Shown here: piece by piece, positions 48,945 through 60,527 of the stretch
Layout: each line of letters starts with the position of its first letter
How positions within the stretch are numbered: the first letter of the stretch is position 1
Source: Hypanus sabinus
Taxonomy: Eukaryota
Direction of reading: 5' to 3'
NCBI RefSeq assembly: GCF_030144855.1
Contig: NC_082712.1
Location: forward strand, 89,962,001-90,026,000
Length of the DNA stretch: 64,000 nucleotides
Program-made: the position numbers and the translations under genes
Notes under the pieces: model-generated
Seen by the model: the letters and a program-made list of their open reading frames with translations, nothing else
The model's database searches: none
What the model was told of the DNA's origin: nothing

Positions 48945-51900
48945 TGTTAGAGAAGATGTTGAAGCTGGAAGGTGTCTTTTCCACCGACGAATTTGATGTG
49001 GGTTGTTCCAAGAGTAGTCGCCACACTATCCGGGTGACTGAGGATGCCCCTTTCTAACAAAGGTCGCGGCGACTGGCCCCTGCATTTGTGTAAGTTGAAG
49101 GAAGTGGGGATCATCACTGAAACCCGAAACCCCTTTGCATCCCCAATCGCGGTGGCCCGAAAGAAGAATGGGAAGGTATGGATGTGAGTGGACTATAGAA
49201 CTCTGGAGGGGTGCACCATCGCTGACCAGTATACTGTCCTGAGGATGAAGACGCGCTGGCCTCCCTGAGTGATGTGAAGTGGTTCAGTGTGTGAATGGGG
49301 CTGACAAAGAGAAAACGGCATTTATATGTCCCTTGGGATTTTTCCAGTTCGAAAGGATGCCCCAGGGCATCTTGGGAGCTCCTGCAACCTTCCAGCGGGT
49401 CTTGGAGAAGACGGTGGGGGATATAAACTTGCCTGAGGTATTGGTGTATCTGGATGACCTCATAGTGTTTGGATCCACCTTGGAAGAACGTGAAGCGAGG
49501 CTGCTGAAGGTGCTGGGCCATTTGAATGCTGAAGGATTAAAACTTTCCCTGGACAAGTGCCAGTTCTGACAAACGTCTGTTAGCAATGTTGGGCACATAG
49601 TCTCAAGAATGGAGTAATTACAGATCCATCTAAGATAGAGGCGGTGACCACTTGGCCAAAACCCCAGACTGCGAGCGTTCTGCGCTCGTTCCTCGGGTTC
49701 AGTGGTTCCTATCGGAGATTAATGAAAGGCTAAGCAAAAGTGAATGGTTACCCTCCCTTGGGGAAGAAAGGGAGACAGAGAAAGGACAGGAGGGTGGAGA
49801 GTATCTTAACCCGTCGGAGCCCTTTAGACCGAGGTGAGATGTAAAATATGAGGAGGTCTTTCAGTCGCTGAAAGAGCTGCTGACCCAGGCACCGGTGCTG
49901 GCTTTTGCGGACCCCCGATTACCGTATGCACTGCTCACGGATGCCAGCCGAGGGGGTTTAGGGGGCGTCCTGTATCAGGATCAGGGCTCTGGATTGAGAT
50001 CCGTTGCGTTTGTCTGCCAGAGTCTGTCGCCCTCCGAGAAAAACTATGGGACGCACAAGTTGGAATTTCTGGTGTTGAAATGGGCGGTGGTAGATAAGCT
50101 GAGTGAATACCTCTACGGGGCCAAGTTTTAGGTGAGGATGGACAACAACCCCCTAACTTATATCCTGGCCTCAGCGAAACTGGATGCCACAGGCCATCGG
50201 TGGTTGGCAGCGTTGTCTGCCGATGATTTCAGCCTGAAGTACCGGCTGGGAAGCTGATGGTTTGTCCCGACGGGCTCATGAGGGACTAGTCAGAGAGGAG
50301 GAGTGGGAGAGCGTTTCTGCCCCGGGAGTGTGTCAGTTTGCCATCACCGAGAAGGCAGAGGAAAAGGAGGGCAGGTGCGAGCGGTGCATCAACTTGGGGA
50401 TTCTGATGTCGCCATCCCCCAAGTTTATTGTAACCTGACTACTCAGAAGACAAATCAGCTGCTGGAATTGGGTTCTGGAGAAGAGCAGCTGCTCAGCGAG
50501 ATGACGCGGGCAATGGTACCAGTTGGGCAGCGGTCGAAAAGGAAGACATGGCTCGGGTGGAGAGGAGAAACAGGCACCAGTGCCTCCATTACTACGAGAA
50601 TGGTTGAAGAACCAGATCTTACACTGGGTCAGGTCACCTCCAGACCGACCCCGGCGTTGCTAGCTGGTTCTGCCCGAGAAGTATCGGAGGATGGCGTTGA
50701 AATCACGTTATGATGATTCTGGACATTTGGGGGTGGAAAAGACGTATGGCTTGCTCAGAGACCGGTTCTTCTAGCGCCGAGTGAAGTCGGAGGTCGAAGA
50801 ATACTGGAAGTCGTGCATTCGATGCATACGGCGGAAGACACTGCCTACGCGGGCAGCTCCCTCGTCCCATCTTCAGAGGGACAAGGTGTGCCTCTGGACC
50901 GGGTGTGTATGGATTTCCTGTCAATAGAACCCGATGCCAGCAACACGGCGAATGTCTTAGTCATCACGGACCACTACACCAGGAATGCTTAGGCTTTTCC
51001 TACTAAGGACCAGAGGGCATCTACAATGGTAAATGTGTATTGTGAGAAGTGTTTTATGTATTACGGCCTCCCCAGGCAGATACATAGTGATCAGGGACGG
51101 GATTTCGATAGCAGACTTATCTGTGTGTTACTGGGCATGCTTGGAGTCGAGAAGTCGAGCACCACGCCCTATCACCCACAGGGTGATTCCCAGCCAGAGA
51201 GGTTTAACCGTAATTTTCTAGACATACGGGACCCTGGAGATCAGCAAGAGGAGCAGATGGAGTCAACGTATTGGACATCTGGTTCACAGTTATAATTGTA
51301 CGTGAAAGGAAACTACTAGTACTCGCCATATTATCTGATGTTTGGGCGCGAGGCGAGGCTGCCCATTGACTTTTGTTTTGGGACTGATGAAGGTGACTTA
51401 CCACCAAAGACTTATGGGAAGTATGTGTCTGACATGATAAGAGGGTTGAAAAGGGCTTATGAATTAGCTGTGATGAGGCTGCCCAGCAGAATCAAGGGAA
51501 TAAGAGAAGGTATGATCTAAAGATAAGGTTCTCTCAACTCATGCTAGGAGACTGTCCTCATAAGGAATTTAGCGCTACCAGGAAAGCATATGTTGGCTGA
51601 CCGCTGGAGGGCTACGCCCTATGTGGTGGTGAGTCAGATGCCAAACCTACCAGTTTTCCGGGTGAAACCAGAGGATGGGAATGGGCCTGACAAGATTCTC
51701 CGACAGAACCAACTGTTGCAGCTGGGTCAAGAGGTGCAGGTCGACCCAGAGCCCCACCTGAAGCCTACACCTAGTGAGAGGATACTTCGGAAACGCATGA
51801 GTACTACCGGGTCTCTAACAGGCGAGGTTAGGCCGGCCCCCACCCCTGAAAGGCATACTGATTCGGAGGATGAGCACCTGGAGGTGTGGTATATGCTGCC

Positions 51901-52876
51901 TTTCGCTAACTCCCCAGTGATTGAGGAAGAGACTCCCGACCCTTCTCCCGATGAGTCAGGTGAAGAGAAGGGGGGGGGGGTGCTATCTGTGCGCATCCTG
52001 GGTTACAACGGGACCCTGAAGGAGAGGAAGCGGGGCCTGGACATGGGACAGAGGGCTTCGAGTTGCGGGGGGCATGAGATATAGGTCGGGGGAGGATTTG
52101 CCAGGTAGACCAGAAGTATCCCCAGTAGAGCCTGAGCCTGAAGAGTTAGGTGAGGAGGTACGGAGGTCTCAGAGAATTAGGAGACCACCGGATAGGTTGG
52201 CCCATGTAGCGTCAGGGGAACAGTGCGTGATCTCGACCGTTTTGGGGATCTATGTCACTGCCTCTTGCACCTGGATTGGGCTTTGCGTTTTGCAGGAAGG
52301 GTTGCCGGATTATCTCAACGTCATGAGGACATGACTAAATTTTGTGGGGGGGGGGAGTGTAACACGCTGTAATGGCTTCTCTGCAATGTCTCACTACTAA
52401 GGCTAATGAAATGGCTTCTCGGTAAGACAATTAGGATCTTGTTGCTCTGTCTTGTGAATCTGGAAGGAGATTTTTCGAAGGCTTTTGTCGGGAGAAATGA
52501 GGAGAAAAGACGCGAATGGAGAGATTCTGTAGACCGCCGGATGGAGTGAAATTGGAGCGAGTGTACGAAGTGCAGAGACAATCGGAGGAGGTCGATGGCG
52601 GACGACCAGTGAGCCCCAACTTTGCGCAACAGACTGTTTAATAAGATTCGTCCCTTTGTTTTCCTTTTTTCCTTTCTTTACTAACCATATAGTCAAAGTA
52701 ATAATTATAAAGCTTAATCATCAATCACATATTGTATACTGCTTGTTATTTCGTGGTACTGATTTATAACCGGGGACACATCGCGCAGCATCCACACAAA
52801 CGAGATTTTTTAAAGTTTGGCCGCACCGGGGGTTATTACCCCTTATATTATGCAGCTAGCCGAAGCGAGAGTTACA
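48945..52876 (+). mobile_element. 5'-truncated Ty3/Gypsy retrotransposon: RT, RNase H, integrase, PPT and 3' LTR
   Basis: KTAFICPLGFFQFERMPQG, VYLDDLIVF, TDASRGGLGGVLYQ, IHSDQGRDF, TTPYHPQGD; G-run PPT at 52346-52357; LTR TGTAAC...GTTACA at 52358-52876. Confidence 0.93.
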
Positions 52877-52899
52877 CTAGTATCGTACGATCGTAAGAT

Positions 52900-55430
52900 A
52901 TAGGAACAGAGTTAGGCCATTCAGCCCATTGAGTCCTCTCTGCATCTTTTCCAGGATCTCATTCAACCCCATACCCCTACCCTTTCACTATATCCCTTCA
53001 TGCTCCGACCAATCAGAAATCTATCAACTTCCGCTTTAAATATATCCATGGATATAGCCTCTACCACAGACTTTGGCAGAGCAGCCCATAGATTCTCCAC
53101 TCCGGCTAAAAAAAAACTCCTTACTTCTGTTGTAAAAGGTTGCCACTCAATGAAAAAGTTGTGCTCTGTTGTTCTGGGTACCTCCACCAGAGGGAACATC
53201 CTCTCCACACTCACCGTATCTAGCACTTCCAGCATTCGAGAGGTTTCAATGAGATTCTCATGCATTCTTCTAAATTTCAGTGAGTAGAGGTCCAAAGCTG
53301 CCAAACGCCCCTCATATGTCAACCCCTTCATTCCTAGAATCATCCTCGTGAATCTCCTCTGTACTCTCTCCAAAGACAACACATCCTTTCTGAGATATGG
53401 GGCCCAAAACTGGTGACAATACTCCAAGTGCAGCTTGAGTAGTCTCTTATAAAGCTTCAGGATTGTTTCCTTGTTTTATATTCTATTTCTCTTTATTTAA
53501 GGCCAACATTGTATTTGACTTTTTGACCACATTTCTGAGAGTCTCACAAGTCCTTTTGAACCTCTGATGCTTCCTCTGCATTTAGATAATAGTCTGAAAT
53601 ATTGTTCCTTTTCCCAAAACGCATGATCGTACATTTCCCAACAATATATTCCATCTGCCACTCTTTTGCCCATTCTTCCAATTTGTCTAAGCCCTGCTGC
53701 AATTGCTTTGTTTCCTCAGCACTATCTACCCGTCCAGCTATCTTCGGATTATCCATAAACTTTTCCAGAAAGCCATCAACTTACTATCTAAGTCATTGAT
53801 GAACAATTTGAAAAGTAGCTGTCCTAATACTGACATCTGAAGGGCACTACTAGTCACTGGCAGAACAGCAGGAAAGGCTTTCTTTAACCCCACTCACTGC
53901 ATCCTGCCTGTCAGCCATTTGTCTGTCGGTGACAGTATCTTTCCAGTAAGCACCATAGTTTATCTTGTTAAGCAGCTTCAAGTGAGGCACTTAATTAAAT
54001 GCCTTCTGAACACATAAGTAAATGACATGCACTGCCTCTCCTTTCTCCACTTTGCTTGTTACTTCCTCAAATAATTCGGACAGATTTGTCTGGCAAGATT
54101 TCCCTTTTGCAGAAAAACATGCTGACTTTGACTTAAATGATCATTGGTCTCCAAGTACCCTGAAACCTCGACCTTAATAATAGACCACAAAATATTCCCA
54201 ACCATTGAGGTTAGGCTAACTGTTTTATCATTTCCTCTCTTTTGTCATCCTCGCTTCTTAATTTTCTGTCCTCCAGGACCATGCCAGAATCAAGTGATTC
54301 TTGAAGGATCATGACCAATGCGTCTATCATCTCTTCAGCAACCTTCTGCAGTACTCTGGGATGTAGTCATCTGGCCCAGCTGACTTATCCACCTTAAGAC
54401 CTTTGAATTTACCAAACACGTTTTCCTTTGTAATAGCAATGACACTCACTCCTGATCCCTAGCACTCACAGACCCCTGGAACACTGCTAGAGTCTTCCAT
54501 ATTGAAGACAGATGCAAAGTACCTATTTAGTTCATCTGCCATTTCTTTGGCCCCAGAGCTCCCTCGCCAGCTTTATTTTCCAGTCCAATATCAACTCGCA
54601 CAGCTCTTTTACTCTTTACATAAATGAAAAAATATTTTTAAAAATTTAGTATCCTGCTTTATATTTTGGCAGGTTTAACCTCGTATTTAGTCTTTCGAAC
54701 TTCCAGAAGCTTTTTATTTGCATTTTGTTGGATTTTAAAAGCTTCCCAATCATCCAACATCTCACTCGCTTCTGCCACCTTATATACCTTTTCCTTGGCT
54801 TTTATGCAGTCCTTAACTTCCCTTGCCAGCCACTGTTGGCTCTCGCTGCCGTTTAGGAAATGCTTCTTCTTCCGTGGGACATATCTATCCTGGGCTTTGA
54901 TGAACTATTCCCACAGACTTCAACCACCCCTGTTCTGTTGTCAACTCTGCTAGTATCCCCCTCCAATCCACCTGGGAAAACAGCTCTCTCATGCCTCTGT
55001 AATTCCCTTTATTCCATTGCAATACTGATACATGTGACTTAGGCAGCTCCTTCGAAAACTGCGGTATGAATTCCATCATTTATGATCGTTACCCCTTAAG
55101 GGATCCTTTATGTTAAGCTGACTGATAAGATCCGGGTTATTACACAACACCCAATCTAAGATAGCCATTTCCTGAATATTCTGGAGCACAAACTGCTCCA
55201 AAAACCATCTCGTAGGCATTCAGCAAATTCCCTCTCTTGCGATCCGACATCAAACTGATTTTCAAAATCCCCTTGCGTTTTGAAGTTCTCCATTACAATT
55301 CTGAAATTACCCTTATTACATGCCCTTTCCAGCTTCCTTTGCAATCCCAACGCCATATCTGGGCTACTTTTTAGAGGGATAAATACATTTCCCATAATGG
55401 TTTCTAACAAAATTAATACGCATGATACTG
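52900..55430 (-). mobile_element. CR1 LINE (3'UTR, RT and endonuclease remnants)
   Basis: QFWAPYLRKDVLSLERVQRRFTRMI and further CR1 peptides. Confidence 0.9.
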
Positions 55431-55439
55431 AGATCGATG

Positions 55440-55660
55440 TCGGTAATGAGTTTGCACGTTCACCCTGTGACCCAATGGGTTCCTCTAGGTGTTCCAGTTT
55501 CCTCCCACAGTCCGAAGACGTACTGGTTGGTGGGTTAATTGGTCATTGTAAATTGTCTGGTGATTTGGCTAGGGTTCAGTTAGAGACTGTTGAGTGGTGC
55601 GTCTCGAAGGACCGGAAAGGCCCATTCCGCGCTGTAACTCAAGAAATAAACTATTTAAGA
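55440..55660 (+). mobile_element. V-SINE
   Basis: Core gggttcctctaggtgttccagtttcctcccacagtccgaagac. Confidence 0.7.
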
Positions 55661-56298
55661 GTACGTCGAATATAAAAAATAAAACAAGTCAGTATAACTT
55701 CTCAGTCCTTATATATCAACCTCCTACTTGAATTCCCACCACCCTTTGAATTTCATATAAATGCCGTCTTTCGTTTTCTTTATCCCAACCTAGTTGACAC
55801 AGTGATCAAATAGACTTTTTAATTCGGGATTTCATCTCCCTCTCACGCAAAGGTACCTCTACATTTATATCCTCATGTTAATGATTGTTTGGTAAAGATC
55901 AATGGCTGCTGGCAGGCTCCTAACTTTCGTATACTGGCTGCGACCAATCAACTAATTAACCATCAATTTTCTCTCAATAATTTGCAAAAAGTGTCTCTTT
56001 CGGGATTCAGAACGTTCGGACTCTGCAATGCGCGTCGAGACACAACACTTATCACAATTCTCGCCTCCTGCTCCAACCTGCCCCTCACACGTTTGCGGTG
56101 ATGATTTCCCGTTTCACTGACTCTCCCTTCACCAACTTCTCATCGCAGGGACAATTCCCCTCACTCCCCACATTGGACGCAAAAACCAACCCACGTGTAG
56201 GGACCGGTGGGTGGGGCAGGAGCAAGGGAAATGGCCCGAGGGGTGATGGGACCCAAGAGCTGAAGGCGGAGTCGGGGGACTGAAGAAAGCAGAAGCAG

Positions 56299-56372
56299 TG
56301 ACTCAGGGACAGGGCAGTCGTGAGTCACAGTCAATGTTACCGACGGACGCGATCAGGACAAGAGAGGAAGTG
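56299..56372 (+). promoter_or_regulatory. Putative proximal promoter: two AP-1 sites and a PU.1/Ets box
   Basis: TGACTCA at 56299-56305, TGAGTCA at 56321-56327, AGAGAGGAAGTG at 56361-56372; the last ends 16 nt before the ATG. Confidence 0.6.
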
Positions 56373-56388
56373 TTGGTGGGGAGACGCC

Positions 56389-56431
56389 ATGGACATTTCG
56401 CTCCGTCTGGTGTTGCTACAGTTGACAGTGG
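56389..56431 (+). CDS. Leader (signal peptide) exon of PILR-like receptor, copy B
   Basis: Kozak GCCATGG; MDISLRLVLLQLTV; phase-1 donor G/GTGAGT; joins AWSSGSG of V1. Confidence 0.85.
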
Positions 56432-57545
56432 GTGAGTAGACCCAGCTTCATCACGTACCACCTCTATAACCGTTCCTCAACTCCCCCCCACCCATATCAG
56501 CCAACCCCTCCAAGAGTACTCGGCACTGTTTATGAAGGGCTCCTTCCAGCCCCACCTCTCCATTTTGGCGAGGAAGCCCATGCAATGCCTCCCCGGGTTG
56601 GAGGAACAAATGCCTCCATTTGAATAGCACTCTCACCGGAGATGAGGAACGATTTGAAGTGCTTCCCACCCGCTAACGGGTACGAAGAGTAGAAATGGGG
56701 AACAGGAGGTCCGGGAAAGGCTTGCTGCTAAAGTCGGGGTTGAAGCTGGAGGGCTGCTGAACTGAATGGGTTTTTCGAGCGAGACCATTCGATGCGGCTT
56801 GTACAGCTGATTGGAGGGAGGGCAAGCACAGATCGGGCAGAGAGAACTCGAATTGCGGCAGAGTGAGATCTGGGTTTTCGGCGTTCACTCCGTCAATAAC
56901 ATAGTCAGGCATTAGTTTCCGTTTGGAATCCAATAAAAGGTTTTAAGGTGTTTATAAGTGAGTAACAGATTCTGAAGGGATAGTTACAGGCTGGAATCTA
57001 ATCCATGGGTTCCAGGAGTTTATACCTGTGTTGCCTGATCTCCCGTTGGAGGCCTCAGGCTCGGAGTGTGAAAGGTAAACGTAAAATTTATTATCGATGG
57101 AGGTAAAAGACACGATTATTCAGAATCATTTTTCTTTCAGACATCTCAGGAAAACAATGAAATACAATAGAATTTATAATAATCTGCACATAAGCAAAGA
57201 CAGTCAAACAATGCGCAAAGCAAGTGAAATTCTGTAAATAGAAATTATACTGACAACTAGATTTGTAAAGAGCTCTTGAGAGTGAGTGTGCAGGTGGGAG
57301 AGTGAGTTCACAGATGCAGTGAGTGAAGTTATCCACGCCGGGTCAGGGTGCTGGTGGTTGGTAGTGCGGGTCTGTTGCAATTTGGATTTAACGGGTATGA
57401 GAGGAGAAATAATTGTTCTGGAGTTCGGTCTGTCAATCAGAGGTCAGGGACTTGCCTGGCGCTGAGAGAATTGCGGGCTGATTATCCGCAGGGTGAGATG
57501 TGGTCGGAGGTTCCCAAATGACCATTTGCTCTCCGTCTCCCTCAG

Positions 57546-57902
57546 CATGGAGCAGCGGAAGTGGCTTCCGAGTGGAGCAGCCGAAATACATCGAGGCTGT
57601 AGTGGACGAGTCTGTCACTCTCACCTGCACCTTTACGCACCCGGAAAACTCCTCACTCCGAGACATTGACATCAGGTGGAAAGTTCGCAATTACCACACG
57701 ACAGATATATTCAAATACCTGGATAACTACACACTCAAAGATTTCAAAAGCCGGATCAAGTTCCTGGGTTCGCCACTTGGAGACAAGACGGGCTCCATCC
57801 GCTTACACCGGGTCGAAGGAAATGACACCGGCATCTACTTCTGCATTGTGGCGATCTTGGGAGTAGAGTACAAAGGTCCTGGGACTGTCCTGTCTGTTCA
57901 AG
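57546..57902 (+). CDS. Ig V-set exon V1 of PILR/Siglec/NKp30-like receptor, copy B
   Basis: 357 nt, phase 1-1, open; FRVEQPKY..VTLTCTF..IRW..DTGIYFC..GPGTVLSV with canonical Cys/Trp/Cys. Confidence 0.92.
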
Positions 57903-58945
57903 GTGAGAACACCCTCTGCCTACAGAGAGTATGGAGTTTGATGCGTCTGGAGGTGTTGTCTGGTGTTGGGGTGTTGCAAGTGAGGGAACAACGAGTGGTT
58001 TACGGAGTTTATATGTCTCCGTGCCGAATAAGGAATTAGACAGGCAGACGAAGCAGATGAAACTACGGGAGTCTCACAGACACACACAAGCGCGAACACA
58101 CACACCTAGCGATTCCTGACAGTCCGTGGTGAGAGGAGAGTCGGGGCGGGCATACTGTAATTATGTTGGATAACAGACCCCAGGGATTCAACTACTGAAG
58201 TGGATGTAACTCTGGCGCTCCGTGGGTTTATTTATCGATTAAGTGATACTTAGCTGTGAGATACAGATAGGGATCTAATCCAGGGGTTCGGGTGTTTCTG
58301 TGCAAGAGAGCTCAGAGAGTTAGTAATGAGTGGAATCTTATCCAGGGGTTTATTGAGTTTATGCTGTTAAATACAGATTCCCGGACGTGAGTTAGACGCT
58401 GTGAGCTTTGTAAGCAATTTGGGAGTTTAATATAGAGAATAAGAACTAACCATGAGTTGGGTATGGAGCAGAATCTAATCTGGTGTTCAGATTGTTTACC
58501 TGGCAACACACAGACACCCGGGAGTGAGTTGCAGACTGGACTGCAATAGGTTCAAAGGGTTTATATTTAGAAATATATGTCCAGAGAGAGTTATAGGCTG
58601 GGATCTACTGTTGGATCTTCGGAATTATATATAGAATTATAAATTCACATCTATGAGTTAAATGTTGTGATCTAATCCAAGGGTTTAAACGGTATTTGTT
58701 GAGACTGGCAGGCACACAGAAGTGAGTTGGATGCTGTCATGTAATCTAGGGGCTCAGGGTTTGATGCCTGCTTTGCCTAATTCCCCATTGGTGGTCACAG
58801 GCTTGGAGAGTGGACGATTTAGTCTGGATTGGTGTAGTTTATTAATCAGAGCGTAGGGACTGCTGAGAGTATTATGGGATGGTTTTCCGCCGAATGAAAC
58901 GTGATAGGAGGTTCCCGAATGATCGTTTGCTCCCTTTTCCCTCAG

Positions 58946-59320
58946 CACGGACCGGTGGCCGTGGGTTCCAGGTGAAGCAGATGGGGTACCTGGAGGCTGC
59001 AGAGAATGGGTCCGTCATTCTCCCCTGTTCCTTCACTTACCCGGACACTTATACGCCCCGAGACATTCATATCACTTGGAAAGTTGGTGGCTTTTTTGGT
59101 ACAAAGATATTCGATTCTTCACTAAACAACGCATTCGGGGAATACCAAGGCCGGATCGAGTTCCTGGGCTCCCCACTGCGAGACAAGACGGGCTCCATCC
59201 GCTTACATCGGCTGAAAGGAAATGACTCCAATTTCTATGTCTGCCGTGTGAAATTTTTGGATGATCATCTTAAGCCGCCTGAGTGGCAAAGCATCTCAGG
59301 GACGTTTGTGTCAGTGAGAG
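58946..59320 (+). CDS. Ig V-set exon V2 of PILR/Siglec-like receptor, copy B
   Basis: 375 nt, phase 1-1, open; VILPCSFTYP..ITW..GRIEFLGSP..FYVCRV..EWQSISGTFVSV. Confidence 0.92.
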
Positions 59321-59379
59321 GTGAGTCCTGAATCCTTACCTCTGCTCTTGTCTGAATGTTCTTTCAAAAGATTCCTGCG

Positions 59380-59880
59380 CATTTTTATCATCCTTGTCCC
59401 TGTCTGTAAATTTTTTAAAATGCTGCTAACGTATGTTCCTCTACTGCAAACACTGGCAGGGTGTTCATGCACCCACAACTGTCTATGTAACTCCAAACTT
59501 ACCTCTAAAATCCCCCTGATACTTCCCTCCAATCACTTTAGAAGCATACCACCTGTTAGACAGCATTGTACCCCTGGGAACGTCACTGGCTACCCACTGA
59601 ATACATGTCTCTTATCATCTTGTGTCCCTCTATCAAGTCACCTCTCATCCTGCATTGCTCCAAAGAGAAAAGCATGAGCTCGCTCAACCTACCTTCATTG
59701 GAAAGTCTCTCCAGCACAGGTAGCATCCTCTGTGAATCTCCTCTGTGGCCTTTCTGATGCCTCCACAGCATTCCAGTACTGTGGTAACCAGAACTGAATG
59801 TGATATTCCAAATGTGATCTAATCAAGGTTTTATAGTACGGCAACGTCACCTCATCACCCTTGAACTCCATCCCACCCCT
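59380..59880 (-). mobile_element. CR1 3' fragment in the V2-TM intron
   Basis: Minus strand LFSLEQCRMRGDLIEGHKMIR. Confidence 0.75.
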
Positions 59881-60527
59881 CTAGTGATGGCCCACCGACC
59901 ATATGACTTATTAACCACCCTATCGACCTGCACCTTTAAGGAATCTACGCTTATCTGTGAACTTACTGATCAGCAAGTAACGCCCATGATGAATGATACA
60001 ACTAATTGCTCAAAATCATTTTCAGGCAGCTACCACTGGGGGAGGAATAGAGGACTGAGGTCCCTCACCACCAGGTTCAAGAATAGCTGCATCCCTTCAG
60101 ACATCTGGTTCTTCAGGCAACTGACACAAAACTAACCACTACTTTAATAGACTACTTTAATGATTTTTATTCTTCTGATCATGTTTGTCCTTGTAAAATT
60201 CAAGTCCCCTCTCTCCAAGCCCTGTCATGCTTCCTAATGTTTGACACATTGTTTTCATCATGCTCTTTCAGTCCCTCTCTCCTCAATGTGTGGAACTCCC
60301 TCCTGCTTAGGACATTGTGTCTCTGCTGAATCACAATCATGACTCACCAGAGTCAGAGACACCTCAGGATTATTTAGATCCCCCCCTCCAGTGCCCCTGA
60401 CTCTCCACTCTCTTGTAGCATTGGGTCACAATCTCCAACCTTGACCCCATGTGTTATCCCATAACCGGTTGCACTCTCTGCCCTCTCCTCCTGTGTCTCA
60501 GTCACTGCTCTGGATCACAATTCACAG

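Noticed and set aside
57397-57442. Alternative leader MRGEIIVLEFGLSIR with a GTCAGG donor just upstream of V1
   Set aside because: It has a charged core and a weak donor, and the homologous intron sequence before V2 lacks the donor. The exon at 56389-56431 is a far better leader.
57546-59320. V exons as rearranging Ig/TCR gene segments
   Set aside because: Each exon already includes its G strand and ends in a splice donor; no heptamer/nonamer recombination signal flanks them.
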